Shown here in pieces: positions 36,948 to 46,047 of a stretch of DNA of 64,000 nt. Positions within the stretch are counted from its first letter, which is position 1. Each line of letters begins with the position of its first letter. This DNA is from an uncultured virus (IMG/VR IMGVR_UViG_3300027747_004519) (Duplodnaviria > Heunggongvirae > Uroviricota > Caudoviricetes), in IMG/VR virus record IMGVR_UViG_3300027747_004519. The stretch is one strand, 5' to 3'. Position numbers and translations under genes: made by a program. The notes under the pieces were generated by a model, which saw only the letters and a list, made by a program, of their open reading frames with translations, searched no databases and was not told the DNA's origin.

Positions 36948-37250
36948 TTATTTCTTTAATACTGCGGTAACAAAAACGTCTGTGACGTTTCCTTCGTTGT
37001 CCTCGTAGTTTTCTATGGATTTGATCAATAGTGTCCCTTTGGAGGTTTTGTAAGTCTCTCCAACTTTTGGAAAAAGGCTAACATAGTCAAATCCAATCCC
37101 GCGCATTGGTGGCTCTTCACAAAAAACAAACCAAGTGTCGGCAGCAGCTTTAATCGACTCACCAAACCTCTCGGTGTATTTAGCAAAGCCTTTGCCAGTA
37201 AATTTGCAAAGGACGCCTTCAAAAGTAGTAGCGGTAGTAATAGCGTTCAT
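36948..37250 (-). CDS. Small orphan protein, first gene behind an operator-bearing promoter
   Basis: AGGAG site; MNAITT start shared with 41659-41901. Confidence 0.75.
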   Translation of the reverse strand: MNAITTATTFEGVLCKFTGKGFAKYTERFGESIKAAADTWFVFCEEPPMRGIGFDYVSLFPKVGETYKTSKGTLLIKSIENYEDNEGNVTDVFVTAVLKK

Positions 37251-37336
37251 GTCGTATCTCCTAATTGATTTAATTTCTTAACTTTCTATAGCTTATACGA
37301 TTTTTTGTTGGGGGTCAATAGGTATTTATACCTAAT

Positions 37337-38062
37337 TTAAGATAAATCTCGATAATAGGGAAATTCGTTGATTAATTCTTGATAAACATCTGGGGAATCG
37401 CGTTTTAATTTAGCAACTCGCCCCCAGTTTGCGCCCAAAGTACCAAGCGCCGAACCATTTCTTGTGTTAGGGTCTAAATCGTATTGACTGGGATATTCCA
37501 ACTCGAACATATTAATGTAGTGCCATATATCCTGCGTTTTCCACCATCCGACTGGGCAACAATAAGTTAATCCCCTAGCTGGATATATTAAACCTCTAGA
37601 CCTTAAAGATTCGTATCTTCCTCTAGCTTCTTGCGCGCGCAAGCCCATAGCGACGCCTTTAATATTGTTGTTTTCTTGATATTCCTCCAGAGGATCATAG
37701 AAAATTGCAGATCTATTTGAAACTTTGTTGAATTGATTAAAATCGTCTCTTTGCCTGTGTGCGGTAAACCTAGAAATGATTGGACAAAGCTCTACTGCGT
37801 TTGGCATTTTGCGCACTATTTCAATTGATTCTGCCCAGTCTCCCAAATTTCCAAATTGCCCTTTATTTACCCACACGTTGGGACAATTTGGATAAATTGT
37901 GGTGATTAGGTGGCTAGTCACAATTGAATCTTTACCACCTGAAACCGAACAATAAACTTGATAATCACAAAGCTCTAGCCACTGCTTGATTAAATCTAGA
38001 GCTTTGTTGATTTTAGGCTTGAGCCAAGGGATTTGTAAGCCAGAGCCTTTGCTAAGAGGCAA
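37337..38062 (-). CDS. cysH: CysH-like (PAPS reductase family) protein of type IV-B CRISPR-Cas
   Basis: SVSGGKDS PP-loop, GLRAQEARGR, CCPVGWWKTQDIW; follows csf3. Confidence 0.88.
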   Translation of the reverse strand: MPLSKGSGLQIPWLKPKINKALDLIKQWLELCDYQVYCSVSGGKDSIVTSHLITTIYPNCPNVWVNKGQFGNLGDWAESIEIVRKMPNAVELCPIISRFTAHRQRDDFNQFNKVSNRSAIFYDPLEEYQENNNIKGVAMGLRAQEARGRYESLRSRGLIYPARGLTYCCPVGWWKTQDIWHYINMFELEYPSQYDLDPNTRNGSALGTLGANWGRVAKLKRDSPDVYQELINEFPYYRDLS

Positions 38063-38732
38063 GACAATTCTCCTGCTTAATATTCACGCTTGGTACCCAG
38101 CAAAGAGTTGTAGATTCGTGGTGCCAGCTTGGTAATTTCCAAGCTGCTAGTTGTTTGTGCTCAGGCAATTTAGGAGTAAATAGCTCTACTGGAACCGGTC
38201 GTCTAAGCCTGTTGTCTGGTCCAATTATTGACCAATCCCCTGGAATTTCTTGAGCAGTCCAGCTAGTAACCAAGCCATATCCTTGGCTGCGTTTTTTGCC
38301 TAGGTGAGTTACGTTTCTGAGCAATCTTAAAATTGTCTCTTGCTCTCCTACCACGAACCAGTCAATTCTACTAATCGTACGCAAAAAAAGTGGCATATCG
38401 TAAGACTTGAACTGCCCTTGACTTGTATCTACCTTGGCTTTCTTTTTGCCCCAGTCTAAGTGCCTATCCTGGTAGTCCCAGCGCTTACGAAAATTGACTT
38501 GCTCTTCTTTGCTGTAAAGATAGTGTGGAGAGCTACAGTGATAAAATCCCAATTTGTTTTTTAGTAGGGGTAAATCTATCTGTGTTATCTCTTCAAGTTT
38601 TTGTGGATTGGGATCTAGTAGCCCTAGTTCTTCTCTGAGCTTATATTCAATCAATCCTTCAATCGCTGGAGAAAGGCTGTCAGTAGTGGCTAAAGGTCGT
38701 GAAAGGTGCGCTGTAATTTGTAAAGGAGTCAT
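38052..38732 (-). CDS. csf3: Type IV CRISPR Csf3 (Cas5 group)
   Basis: PLQITAHL, GQFKSYDMP, WFVVG, HLGKKRSQGYGLV, RRPVP, PSWH. Confidence 0.9.
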   Translation of the reverse strand: MTPLQITAHLSRPLATTDSLSPAIEGLIEYKLREELGLLDPNPQKLEEITQIDLPLLKNKLGFYHCSSPHYLYSKEEQVNFRKRWDYQDRHLDWGKKKAKVDTSQGQFKSYDMPLFLRTISRIDWFVVGEQETILRLLRNVTHLGKKRSQGYGLVTSWTAQEIPGDWSIIGPDNRLRRPVPVELFTPKLPEHKQLAAWKLPSWHHESTTLCWVPSVNIKQENCLAS

Positions 38733-39886
38733 CCTAGTATACCTGCAATTTCGTTTGAATTTTGGTCTAAATATTGTTCGTATTCGTGAAGATATTGAAT
38801 ATACCTAGCCTGTTGTTTGGCTGAGCGCTCAGTCAAGGTATGTTTGCCTTCTTGTACCAGCATCCAATCCCCTGTTTCACCCTCACTGGAATAATAGATT
38901 TTAGCTGCAACCTTACCACAGCCTGTATTAGCTTGCCCACCAACATAAGGTGAATCTGCCCAAGCCAATATAGCCCGAGCAATAAACCCCTCCTCGACAT
39001 CTGTGATATATCCGTCCCACCGAGAATACAAAGTTGCGCCTTGCTGTATTAACCATGAACCCATAATCATCTGATTACTCTTGGGTTTTTCCTTTTTAGT
39101 TTCTCCAGAATCAAAGAGCGTTTGTTGAACTTTGCCGGCTGATGGTAAAAGGTGCTTTACCAAATTGGGGTCATGATGAGAATCCCGTCTGGTTTTTTGT
39201 ATATAGGTAAGCCAGTGTGGGTAGGGTCTAAGTTTTTGCTCTAAAAAGGGTAGCCAATATTTTAAGGTTTCCTTGTAATCTAAACCAGTACTGGTGGATT
39301 CCTTGCCAGATAAAAAAGCTTGCACTCGTTCTGCTTCTAAAGTCCTTTTGGCGTTTTCAATTTGAGTTAAAGCTTCAATTACTTCAACTGGCAAAGCTGG
39401 CTTAAAAGTATTAAAAATTGCTAATGCGCTTTCGTAGCAGACCAGCGCGGCATCACCCACATTGAGCCTACCGCCAATCATTTGGGCATCAGTAGCACCA
39501 AAAACCCCTTTAGGTTTGGCTGTTCCTAATAAAGAAATTGGTGGTAAGAATTGCCTAATTTTTTTATCTAATTCAAGATTATTAGAAGTCCCGCCATCAA
39601 GAGCGCCCCCACAAAAAAGTGCATGATGCAAAAGTGGATTTACTGTGATTTTTAGGCGAGAGAGCATATCGTCAATTCCCACTCTGCGCAATATTCTATT
39701 TCTCAATGAATTGCCGGATAAGCAGAATATAGGAGTAGGTTCACCTTCAATATCAGTAAGTGTGACCGTCCGCAAATTGGCTTGATTGCCCACGGTCTCG
39801 CCAATATGACTCAAAGGAGCTAAAGTTTCTAAGACAAGGTGAAAAGTAATGCGATGGCGCTTATCTGGATTGTAAGTACTAAACAT
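38729..39886 (-). CDS. csf2: Type IV CRISPR Csf2 (Cas7 group)
   Basis: PLSH, SGNSLR..LRR, LFCGGAL, PPISLLG, GRLNVG, TRRD, QMI, VGG..TGCG. Confidence 0.92.
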   Translation of the reverse strand: MFSTYNPDKRHRITFHLVLETLAPLSHIGETVGNQANLRTVTLTDIEGEPTPIFCLSGNSLRNRILRRVGIDDMLSRLKITVNPLLHHALFCGGALDGGTSNNLELDKKIRQFLPPISLLGTAKPKGVFGATDAQMIGGRLNVGDAALVCYESALAIFNTFKPALPVEVIEALTQIENAKRTLEAERVQAFLSGKESTSTGLDYKETLKYWLPFLEQKLRPYPHWLTYIQKTRRDSHHDPNLVKHLLPSAGKVQQTLFDSGETKKEKPKSNQMIMGSWLIQQGATLYSRWDGYITDVEEGFIARAILAWADSPYVGGQANTGCGKVAAKIYYSSEGETGDWMLVQEGKHTLTERSAKQQARYIQYLHEYEQYLDQNSNEIAGILG

Positions 39887-40394
39887 CGAAAGTGTCTCCT
39901 TGATTTTCTTGTGTATTGTTTTGCCAATTAAGCTTCTCTTCTTCGTGCTTGAGCCTCACGTATAGAGTTACTAGTTGAGGTCTATTTAAGCAAACCTTCA
40001 GAACGTGCCTTTCAGTAATTCCGTACTCAATGCGCCATTGGTGAATCAATTGCTCCCAATCTTGATAGGCTAAAGCTTGATCTTTGTTGAATTGTTGCAA
40101 ATCACCCAAGCTGCCATCTTCTGAAATAGCAGCTCTTAGGACAACCTGATTAGGTTGAACTATCTGGCGCCAGATATTGGGCTTGAGCGTAGGGACTGAA
40201 AGCTTGAGCGAAAGATTCACTAAATAGTCACTAAGGCTTCTTGAAGGTGTGGCAGCGTTTTGTATAGAAGACTGCATGTACTCCCAAGTTTTTAGCCCGT
40301 TTGCTGCTGAACTGGTATCTCGGCACCTAAAAACCCAATAGCTTAAAGCAGCAGCTAGTGAAGTAATCCTATCGTCTGTAGCAAATCCAAGCAT
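39879..40394 (-). CDS. Type IV-B small subunit (Cas11/Csf4-like)
   Basis: Helical 171-aa protein immediately upstream of csf2. Confidence 0.7.
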   Translation of the reverse strand: MLGFATDDRITSLAAALSYWVFRCRDTSSAANGLKTWEYMQSSIQNAATPSRSLSDYLVNLSLKLSVPTLKPNIWRQIVQPNQVVLRAAISEDGSLGDLQQFNKDQALAYQDWEQLIHQWRIEYGITERHVLKVCLNRPQLVTLYVRLKHEEEKLNWQNNTQENQGDTFDV

Positions 40395-40445
40395 ATTACT
40401 AGTATGGTTTGATTGATTTATATCAATATATCAATTACTAAAAAT

Positions 40446-41096
40446 ATGAATTTTTGCTATTTGTGTGGAGCTTCTGGCGCCACTAAATCACTAAGCTTAA
40501 AAGATAGCTTTACAGCTCACTCTAGGGCCAAAGTGCCAGAATCTAAGCTTTGGTGCGATAGGTGCGCTTGGGTAATTCCCATGCGCGTCAAGTATTACAA
40601 TCCCAATACCAAAAAGGAAGGGCTTTTATTTTCTCGCACCTTTAGCTGGCTGCTTTCCAACCAGCAATCCTATCCAATTTTTGAAGGTGATCGCGTGCAT
40701 ACTTTGCCCAATAGATCGCTAATCAGGCAGTGGCTTATAAATCCACCTGAGCCACCTTTTACAATTGCTATAGCTGAAAGTGGGCAAAAACATATTCTAT
40801 TTCTAGCCCAAGAAGCTCAAGAAAAAGATAGATTCCCTGTGCTTTTCGAATTGGATTTACTGGAAATTGATCGAGCTAAATTTACAGAAAATCTAGAGCA
40901 ATTTGAATTATTAATGAGCTGGGAGCTTACGAAGACAGAAATACTCAGCGGAAACTACAAATCACAAAACCTGCTCAAGCTTCACAGCAATCCTGAATTC
41001 TGGAAAGCAGAACAAGTCCTAGCACCAATTAGAGGAACTAGAGTTTTTGAATTAATTTCACACGTCGCTTGTAATAAGCAAGCAGAGATGGACTAA
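40446..41096 (+). CDS. csf1: Type IV CRISPR Csf1 (Cas8-like), divergently transcribed
   Basis: CYLCG..SFT..CDRC; NPPEPPFTIAIAESGQKH. Confidence 0.88.
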   Translation: MNFCYLCGASGATKSLSLKDSFTAHSRAKVPESKLWCDRCAWVIPMRVKYYNPNTKKEGLLFSRTFSWLLSNQQSYPIFEGDRVHTLPNRSLIRQWLINPPEPPFTIAIAESGQKHILFLAQEAQEKDRFPVLFELDLLEIDRAKFTENLEQFELLMSWELTKTEILSGNYKSQNLLKLHSNPEFWKAEQVLAPIRGTRVFELISHVACNKQAEMD

Positions 41097-41610
41097 CTGC
41101 TATGCCTGATTTGAATTGAAACTCTCTAATGATCTCTTTATCCCGAGCGCCTCGATTTTCTCTAAGCAGTTGGCACAAGAGCTCTTGTTGCTCTTTACTA
41201 AGCAATCTTCTAGGAGCAACAATCTTTTTATCGTGAGGTTCTACCTCAAATGCGATTGATCTGACTTGTGCTAATTTACGCCTTTGGTAGCAAACTTGAT
41301 AATCTGGGTATTTTGCCCCAGTGCGCTCAAAAAGCAATTGAGCTATCTTTTTGCAGGATAGCTTAGTGTGCAACTCAAAAACCTGGCTTAATACTTGCTG
41401 CTGATCTTTGGTCAGTATTTTCTTATTACCCTGATTAGGATGTCGTCTGAGTGCCAGCGTTCCTTCTAATTCAACTTGTCTAATAAATCGATTAAGTGTG
41501 CCAGTGCTAAGCCCTAAATCGCGCTCAGCCTGCCTAATCGACTTATCGGAATCTTTCCAGTATTGGTAAAATTTCAGCTTTTGCTCAGGTGTGTAAGATT
41601 TTCCAGGCAT
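41038..41610 (-). CDS. IS630-like multi-HTH DNA-binding protein without a DDE domain
   Basis: SIRQAERDLGLSTGTLNRF plus two LxK(D/E)QQ(Q/E).L..L HTH repeats. Confidence 0.7.
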   Translation of the reverse strand: MPGKSYTPEQKLKFYQYWKDSDKSIRQAERDLGLSTGTLNRFIRQVELEGTLALRRHPNQGNKKILTKDQQQVLSQVFELHTKLSCKKIAQLLFERTGAKYPDYQVCYQRRKLAQVRSIAFEVEPHDKKIVAPRRLLSKEQQELLCQLLRENRGARDKEIIREFQFKSGIAVSPSLLAYYKRRVKLIQKL

Positions 41611-41637
41611 AAAAAAAACAGGCTAAGCTTAGCCTGT
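41611..41637 (-). terminator. Intrinsic terminator
   Basis: ACAGGCTAAGCTTAGCCTGT palindrome plus a T-run on the minus strand. Confidence 0.75.
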
Positions 41638-41658
41638 GAAAATATTTTAAATTGTAAC

Positions 41659-41901
41659 TTAAGACTCTAGCCCTTGCTGAAAAAGTTCAATAGCTTCAAT
41701 TGTGGAGGCAAGGTTTTCAACAACGTCAGCGTTTAACACTTCGTCAAACGCGCTAGCGTCTGCTGGCAAATGCTTGACAACTTCCCAGCAATTGTCTGTA
41801 TAGTAATTTGGTGAGGACACCAAGTAAACAGCCTTGTCGGTAACAAAATAGATTTCAGTTTCAGTGCTGTAAAATCCGGCTTCAGTAGTAATAGCGTTCA
41901 T
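41659..41901 (-). CDS. Small acidic orphan protein in a promoter-ORF-terminator cassette
   Basis: 80 aa, D/E-rich, MNAITT start. Confidence 0.75.
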   Translation of the reverse strand: MNAITTEAGFYSTETEIYFVTDKAVYLVSSPNYYTDNCWEVVKHLPADASAFDEVLNADVVENLASTIEAIELFQQGLES

Positions 41902-41999
41902 CTCGTATCTCCTAATTGATTGATTAATTTCTTAACTTTCTATAGCTTAAGCTATTTTTCGTTGAAGGTCAATAGGTATTTATACCTAATTTTGGAAAT

Positions 42000-42638
42000 T
42001 TAAAAAAACCAGCCTGCTCCAAAGTGTTTTCTTCCGCCCAAACCCTTTTGCTGCAAGGTTATTGAATCTTGCTCAGATAATCGAGAAGCAATCACGCCAA
42101 ATCCCAAAATTGCCCTATCATGGATCTTGAGCGAACTGACCCTAGTAAAATCCAGTCTTGCGGTAACGCCAATTGTCTCTAGCGCTTTATTGCATGTGTG
42201 CCAAAATTTATCAACCGGAGGATTGGCGTAGTCCCAAATCCCTGGTAATTTAAAAGTCACAATTCTAGCTTGCAACCTGCTTTTTGGCTCTATCTCCTTC
42301 AGTCCGGGATTAATTAATTTTATTTGGTGATTTCTGATATTTAGAATTTTACCTGCTAAAGCTTGCTGGTAATAGGCAGTGTCGCACCCTTTGGCTCTTA
42401 GCCTGAGCCTTGATCCGTCGTTGATTTTAATTAGTCCAGGTGGATCTGATTTGCCTGGGATTGAGCAGAGCAACGCATCCTCTGGTAAATCGCCAGCGAT
42501 TGCCTTGATTGCACTATATAGAGAAAATCCATTGTCTGCTGGCAAGGATGAGCCTGATACTTTAAATTCTAATTCTAGAAATTGCTCTAGCACAGAATCG
42601 GATTGTTTATTTCTTTCGGTAACTAAATTTGTAAGCAT
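42000..42638 (-). CDS. cas6: Cas6 endoribonuclease, I-MYXAN Cas6/Cmx6-like
   Basis: LPADNGFSLYSAI, SRLRLR, LAGK.L.I, L.ARIVTFK, LSEQDSI.LQ, G-loop GLGGRKHFGAGWF. Confidence 0.92.
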   Translation of the reverse strand: MLTNLVTERNKQSDSVLEQFLELEFKVSGSSLPADNGFSLYSAIKAIAGDLPEDALLCSIPGKSDPPGLIKINDGSRLRLRAKGCDTAYYQQALAGKILNIRNHQIKLINPGLKEIEPKSRLQARIVTFKLPGIWDYANPPVDKFWHTCNKALETIGVTARLDFTRVSSLKIHDRAILGFGVIASRLSEQDSITLQQKGLGGRKHFGAGWFF

Positions 42639-42640
42639 TA

Positions 42641-42775
42641 CTAGGTAAGGGTTTTGATTGATTCGTTTAGTGTTTTTAGTGCTTGAGCCATTGCCAATTT
42701 AGCCAGTTGGATGTCGACTTCGACTATCTCGCCAGCTTTGTTTTTAAGCAGTATTTTTTGCTTATTTTGTGCCAC
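42641..42775 (-). CDS. Small hypothetical protein (GTG start likely)
   Basis: GAGGAG ribosome-binding site before GTG GCA CAA. Confidence 0.45.
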   Translation of the reverse strand: MAQNKQKILLKNKAGEIVEVDIQLAKLAMAQALKTLNESIKTLT

Positions 42776-42941
42776 GGCGTAAGCTCCTCTCTTGGTTAAT
42801 CTGCTCAATTGTCCACAGTTGCAGACCTTGCTTGATTGCTTTTTGTCGCAATTCAACCAGCTCCTTTGCAAAATCTGATTGATAAGGGCTTAGCGCAGAA
42901 TTGGTTTGGTTATTTCTTTCGGGAACTAAATTTGTAAGCAT
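42762..42941 (-). CDS. 59-aa protein not in the ORF track; shares its first codons with cas6
   Basis: MLTNLVPERNNQ..FAKELVELRQKAIKQGLQLWTIEQINQERSLRRG. Confidence 0.6.
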   Translation of the reverse strand: MLTNLVPERNNQTNSALSPYQSDFAKELVELRQKAIKQGLQLWTIEQINQERSLRRGTK

Positions 42942-42956
42942 TACTAGGCAAGGGTT

Positions 42957-43280
42957 TTACGCAACGCCTTTGATTGTATCAGCAATTAAATTAAGCCAAT
43001 CTGGGCAGATCATATCCTCTGCCAATTGAAAAACTCTCCATCCGTGAACTAAATTGAGGTTGTGTTTTTCGTAGGATTTGAGCAAGCCAGATCCGCTAGT
43101 GTGCCTCGATTTGTGCCAAATTTGTCCTTCAATCTCTATCCCCACTTTGGTGGCAGTATGGGCAAAATCTAATCTAAATTTCCTGCCGGGAATTGATTTG
43201 ACCTCGCGCTCTAGGGCAATTTCTGGATAGAGCTCTCGCCAACTGCGCTCAAAATAATCCTCTAAGTGGGAGCTAGGCAT
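42957..43280 (-). CDS. Vsr/DUF559-like endonuclease
   Basis: RKFRLDFA..KVGIEIEG..H..GWRVF. Confidence 0.8.
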   Translation of the reverse strand: MPSSHLEDYFERSWRELYPEIALEREVKSIPGRKFRLDFAHTATKVGIEIEGQIWHKSRHTSGSGLLKSYEKHNLNLVHGWRVFQLAEDMICPDWLNLIADTIKGVA

Positions 43281-46047
43281 TAGTAATTTGCACCTCAGTA
43301 TAATTGCCGTAACCAGTGATTGAACTTTGCTGGTATATCCTAAAAAATTTATTGGCAACACTATTATTTAAATCGACTGATTGTTGAGCCTGAGTATAAA
43401 TAAAAGAATTGACATTGCTTACGTAATAGGTATTCACTAAAACCCTATTGGTTTGATTTTGAGCGTAAATCACCCAAACTTCAATTTTAAAAGCGCTGAT
43501 TTCTCCAGAAGCAAACCCAATATCAACATAGTCTAATAGACCGCCGTTTTGATATGTTCTCCTATACCAAGACAAGGTTATATCGCCGTTGCTAGCTTTA
43601 GTTTGCTTGACGCCTGTAACGTTGTATGGCGTGGCAGATTGAGCCTTATAGTTGATTGTCACAATATCTGTAATATCTGGTTCGGTTTGGTCATAAGGTA
43701 CAATTTTAAATTCTACGTTTTTGCCAATATCTCCTTGTTTTGTTGCAAGTTGAGTAACATTATTTAAAAGTATGGCGCTCTCTCCGACAACGTGAGTTCC
43801 TGTTAATCGTTCTGTCCCTTTTGCTCCTCTGATTAAATAAGAAATTTGATAAACATTATTTGGTTTAACCAGCACATCTCTAAAGGCTATAATCTCTTGC
43901 CCAATTAAAATTAAATTTTCCCCTGCCAAAAACGCGTCATCCGTGACAGATTCAAATATAGAATTTGGCGCGTAAATATCAATTCTTGTATAGGGGTCAA
44001 TTACTCCAGTTGGACCATTTGATATAGGAGTACTGTAAACAATTCCTGTAGCGCTGCTACCTTTGACCGTGATAGATTCATTAAAAGTCAAGCCATTGTC
44101 GGTAGAGACAAATACTGTTCCTGTGGAGAAATTGGAAACGCTCTCAACCGCAAAATATATTCCTAGAGGATTGTCTGAATTTTTCAATACTGGAATATCC
44201 AATACATGCAGAATGCCTTCAGTGTAAGAGCTGACATTAGAATATGGCTTAGCGACTTGGGGTGTGTAGTTGGAAACGACTTGTGTTATTGCGTAATAGT
44301 TATTATCGTTTCTAGGGTCATAACTGATTGTATTACTGTCGTTAAATCCTGGTGTTGTATCGCTTGTTTGTACTGTGGCGACTATTACTCCATGATCCCA
44401 ATCAAAAAGCGGAGACCCTTGGCTCCATAACGCTTGTGGTATTGCTAGTGGAGCATCTGGATAATTAATATAAATTGTGGGATCGCCAATAAAGCAACTG
44501 GTATTAAAAACAGGAACAGGGCTAGACTGTTGAAATTCAGGAACGTTGCTAACTTCGGGAAACCCCAGCGGGTTTTGTGAGTAACTACTATTAGGACCAA
44601 ATACTAAAGAAAAAACCCCGTCGCCTCTTTGTACTCCTTGATAAATTATTTGCAAATTGTCGGCATGCCCAACAAAGGGATGAGTAGTCCGAGTGTAGTA
44701 AACTACACTACCTGGAGGATAGGCATGCCCGTCGGACATAAAAATCCAACTGAGATTCCTAACCGCGATCCATACGAAAAAATTCTTGACAACAGAAACA
44801 ATAGGACTTAAATATTGATTGCCTTCAATCTGGCAAAGGTAATCAGCGCTCAGTAGCTTTTTAGTAATCTGCAATTGCACTACTCTTGATCCTATATTGA
44901 GCCCTATGACATCGCCTAGGTGCAACTTGGTATACCAGCAAGGCAGCAAATTTATTCCGCTAAAAGTATTGCGTTGTGAGGCTACCTCGCCAATAATCCG
45001 GTTTGCAAGCCCCTCCATAAAAGTAGGATTTGCCCAGGCTCTAGTCTGAATTGAAAGTGGATTGTTAGATTTAGCCAAGGGGTTACCTGCTGAAACTACC
45101 CACTGGCTATAGTTATCACCAAGGTTTCTAAAGCTGATTTGCACTTCGGAGGGCATCTCGCGCTTGTGTTGAATTTTCTCTTGGAACAGGTCTGGAGATT
45201 TGCCGGGGGTATTGCGAGCGCCCAGATTATTTAAAGCTAGGTTGAGCGATACAGATGGTCTGGTCTTTTGGAGCAGTTTAAAAACGCCATTTTCCTCTCT
45301 GTGAGTCAGGAAAAATAATCTACAAATCTCGTTTAAATAATCAGCGTAGGTTTCGCCTGTGCGCTGAAAAAGCAGTCCTTCAATCTGCTGTCCTGCTGGC
45401 ACATCTGATAAATCTAGCTTGTTTGTATCAAACCCTGCACTAGTAAAGATATCTTGGATTATTGACCTAATTGTGGGATTAGCTCCTCCCTTGCCGTAGA
45501 CAAGTACATCCACCTTGGGGAACCCCGCGCCATTAAAATCTGAAAGCGGATAACGATTAAAAGTGATATAGGATCTGCCTCTAAAAGCTGGTATCGCGTT
45601 ACCTTCAACAGAAGAAATTACAGAGGAAATTGGTTGATTTAGAGTCCCTAAAAAAACCTCACTATGTCGGACAAAATTAGCTGATTTTTTCTGAACAGTC
45701 TCTTTGCTGTAGACTTGCACTCCATTGCACCAAACGCACCTGAGATCGCTAATTTCTCCACCGATCATATAAGCGCAGGTCATATAGTACTTATAATCTC
45801 TTGTCCTAGCGCCAAACCCCTTACCTCCACCGCCATTTACAGTTTGGATTAAATTCTGCCCCCAGAACATTGAAAGTCCATCAATTCGGACGTGTCCATA
45901 TGATTGGGAAATTGGCGCCCCATATTCGGCAGTAGCCCTCAAAGCCAATGGGTCAAGCTTATTTTTATTTTGAATTGGAGTCAATAAATTAGCTATTAAA
46001 TTACCTACCAAGGAGGTAACAACTGGAATTACAATGGCTGTCGACAT
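43273..46047 (-). CDS. GTA-type baseplate/host-specificity tail protein (megatron-like)
   Basis: YGAPI..YGHVR, PAFRGRSYI, LIGQEIIAF..LIRGAKGTE, SWYRR. Confidence 0.85.
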   Translation of the reverse strand: MSTAIVIPVVTSLVGNLIANLLTPIQNKNKLDPLALRATAEYGAPISQSYGHVRIDGLSMFWGQNLIQTVNGGGGKGFGARTRDYKYYMTCAYMIGGEISDLRCVWCNGVQVYSKETVQKKSANFVRHSEVFLGTLNQPISSVISSVEGNAIPAFRGRSYITFNRYPLSDFNGAGFPKVDVLVYGKGGANPTIRSIIQDIFTSAGFDTNKLDLSDVPAGQQIEGLLFQRTGETYADYLNEICRLFFLTHREENGVFKLLQKTRPSVSLNLALNNLGARNTPGKSPDLFQEKIQHKREMPSEVQISFRNLGDNYSQWVVSAGNPLAKSNNPLSIQTRAWANPTFMEGLANRIIGEVASQRNTFSGINLLPCWYTKLHLGDVIGLNIGSRVVQLQITKKLLSADYLCQIEGNQYLSPIVSVVKNFFVWIAVRNLSWIFMSDGHAYPPGSVVYYTRTTHPFVGHADNLQIIYQGVQRGDGVFSLVFGPNSSYSQNPLGFPEVSNVPEFQQSSPVPVFNTSCFIGDPTIYINYPDAPLAIPQALWSQGSPLFDWDHGVIVATVQTSDTTPGFNDSNTISYDPRNDNNYYAITQVVSNYTPQVAKPYSNVSSYTEGILHVLDIPVLKNSDNPLGIYFAVESVSNFSTGTVFVSTDNGLTFNESITVKGSSATGIVYSTPISNGPTGVIDPYTRIDIYAPNSIFESVTDDAFLAGENLILIGQEIIAFRDVLVKPNNVYQISYLIRGAKGTERLTGTHVVGESAILLNNVTQLATKQGDIGKNVEFKIVPYDQTEPDITDIVTINYKAQSATPYNVTGVKQTKASNGDITLSWYRRTYQNGGLLDYVDIGFASGEISAFKIEVWVIYAQNQTNRVLVNTYYVSNVNSFIYTQAQQSVDLNNSVANKFFRIYQQSSITGYGNYTEVQITNA

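Larger units (their letters stand above)
37234..41992. repeat. About 105-bp direct repeats (37234-37338 and 41885-41992) bracketing the type IV-B module
   Basis: Both hold the operator, TTGACC-17-TAAGCT, the ribosome-binding site and the MNAITT codons. Confidence 0.9.

Noticed and set aside
37337..38062. Sulfur-assimilation auxiliary metabolic gene
   Set aside because: It is coupled to csf3, the usual type IV-B context, and no other cys genes are present.
40395..40445. TTGATTG in the cas11/csf1 gap as a target of the RNA at 11-97 (bulge CAATCAA)
   Set aside because: This short AT-rich word recurs at several places in the window, and no second matching site lies nearby.
41038..41610. Active IS630 element
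   Set aside because: No DDE catalytic ORF and no terminal inverted repeats found.
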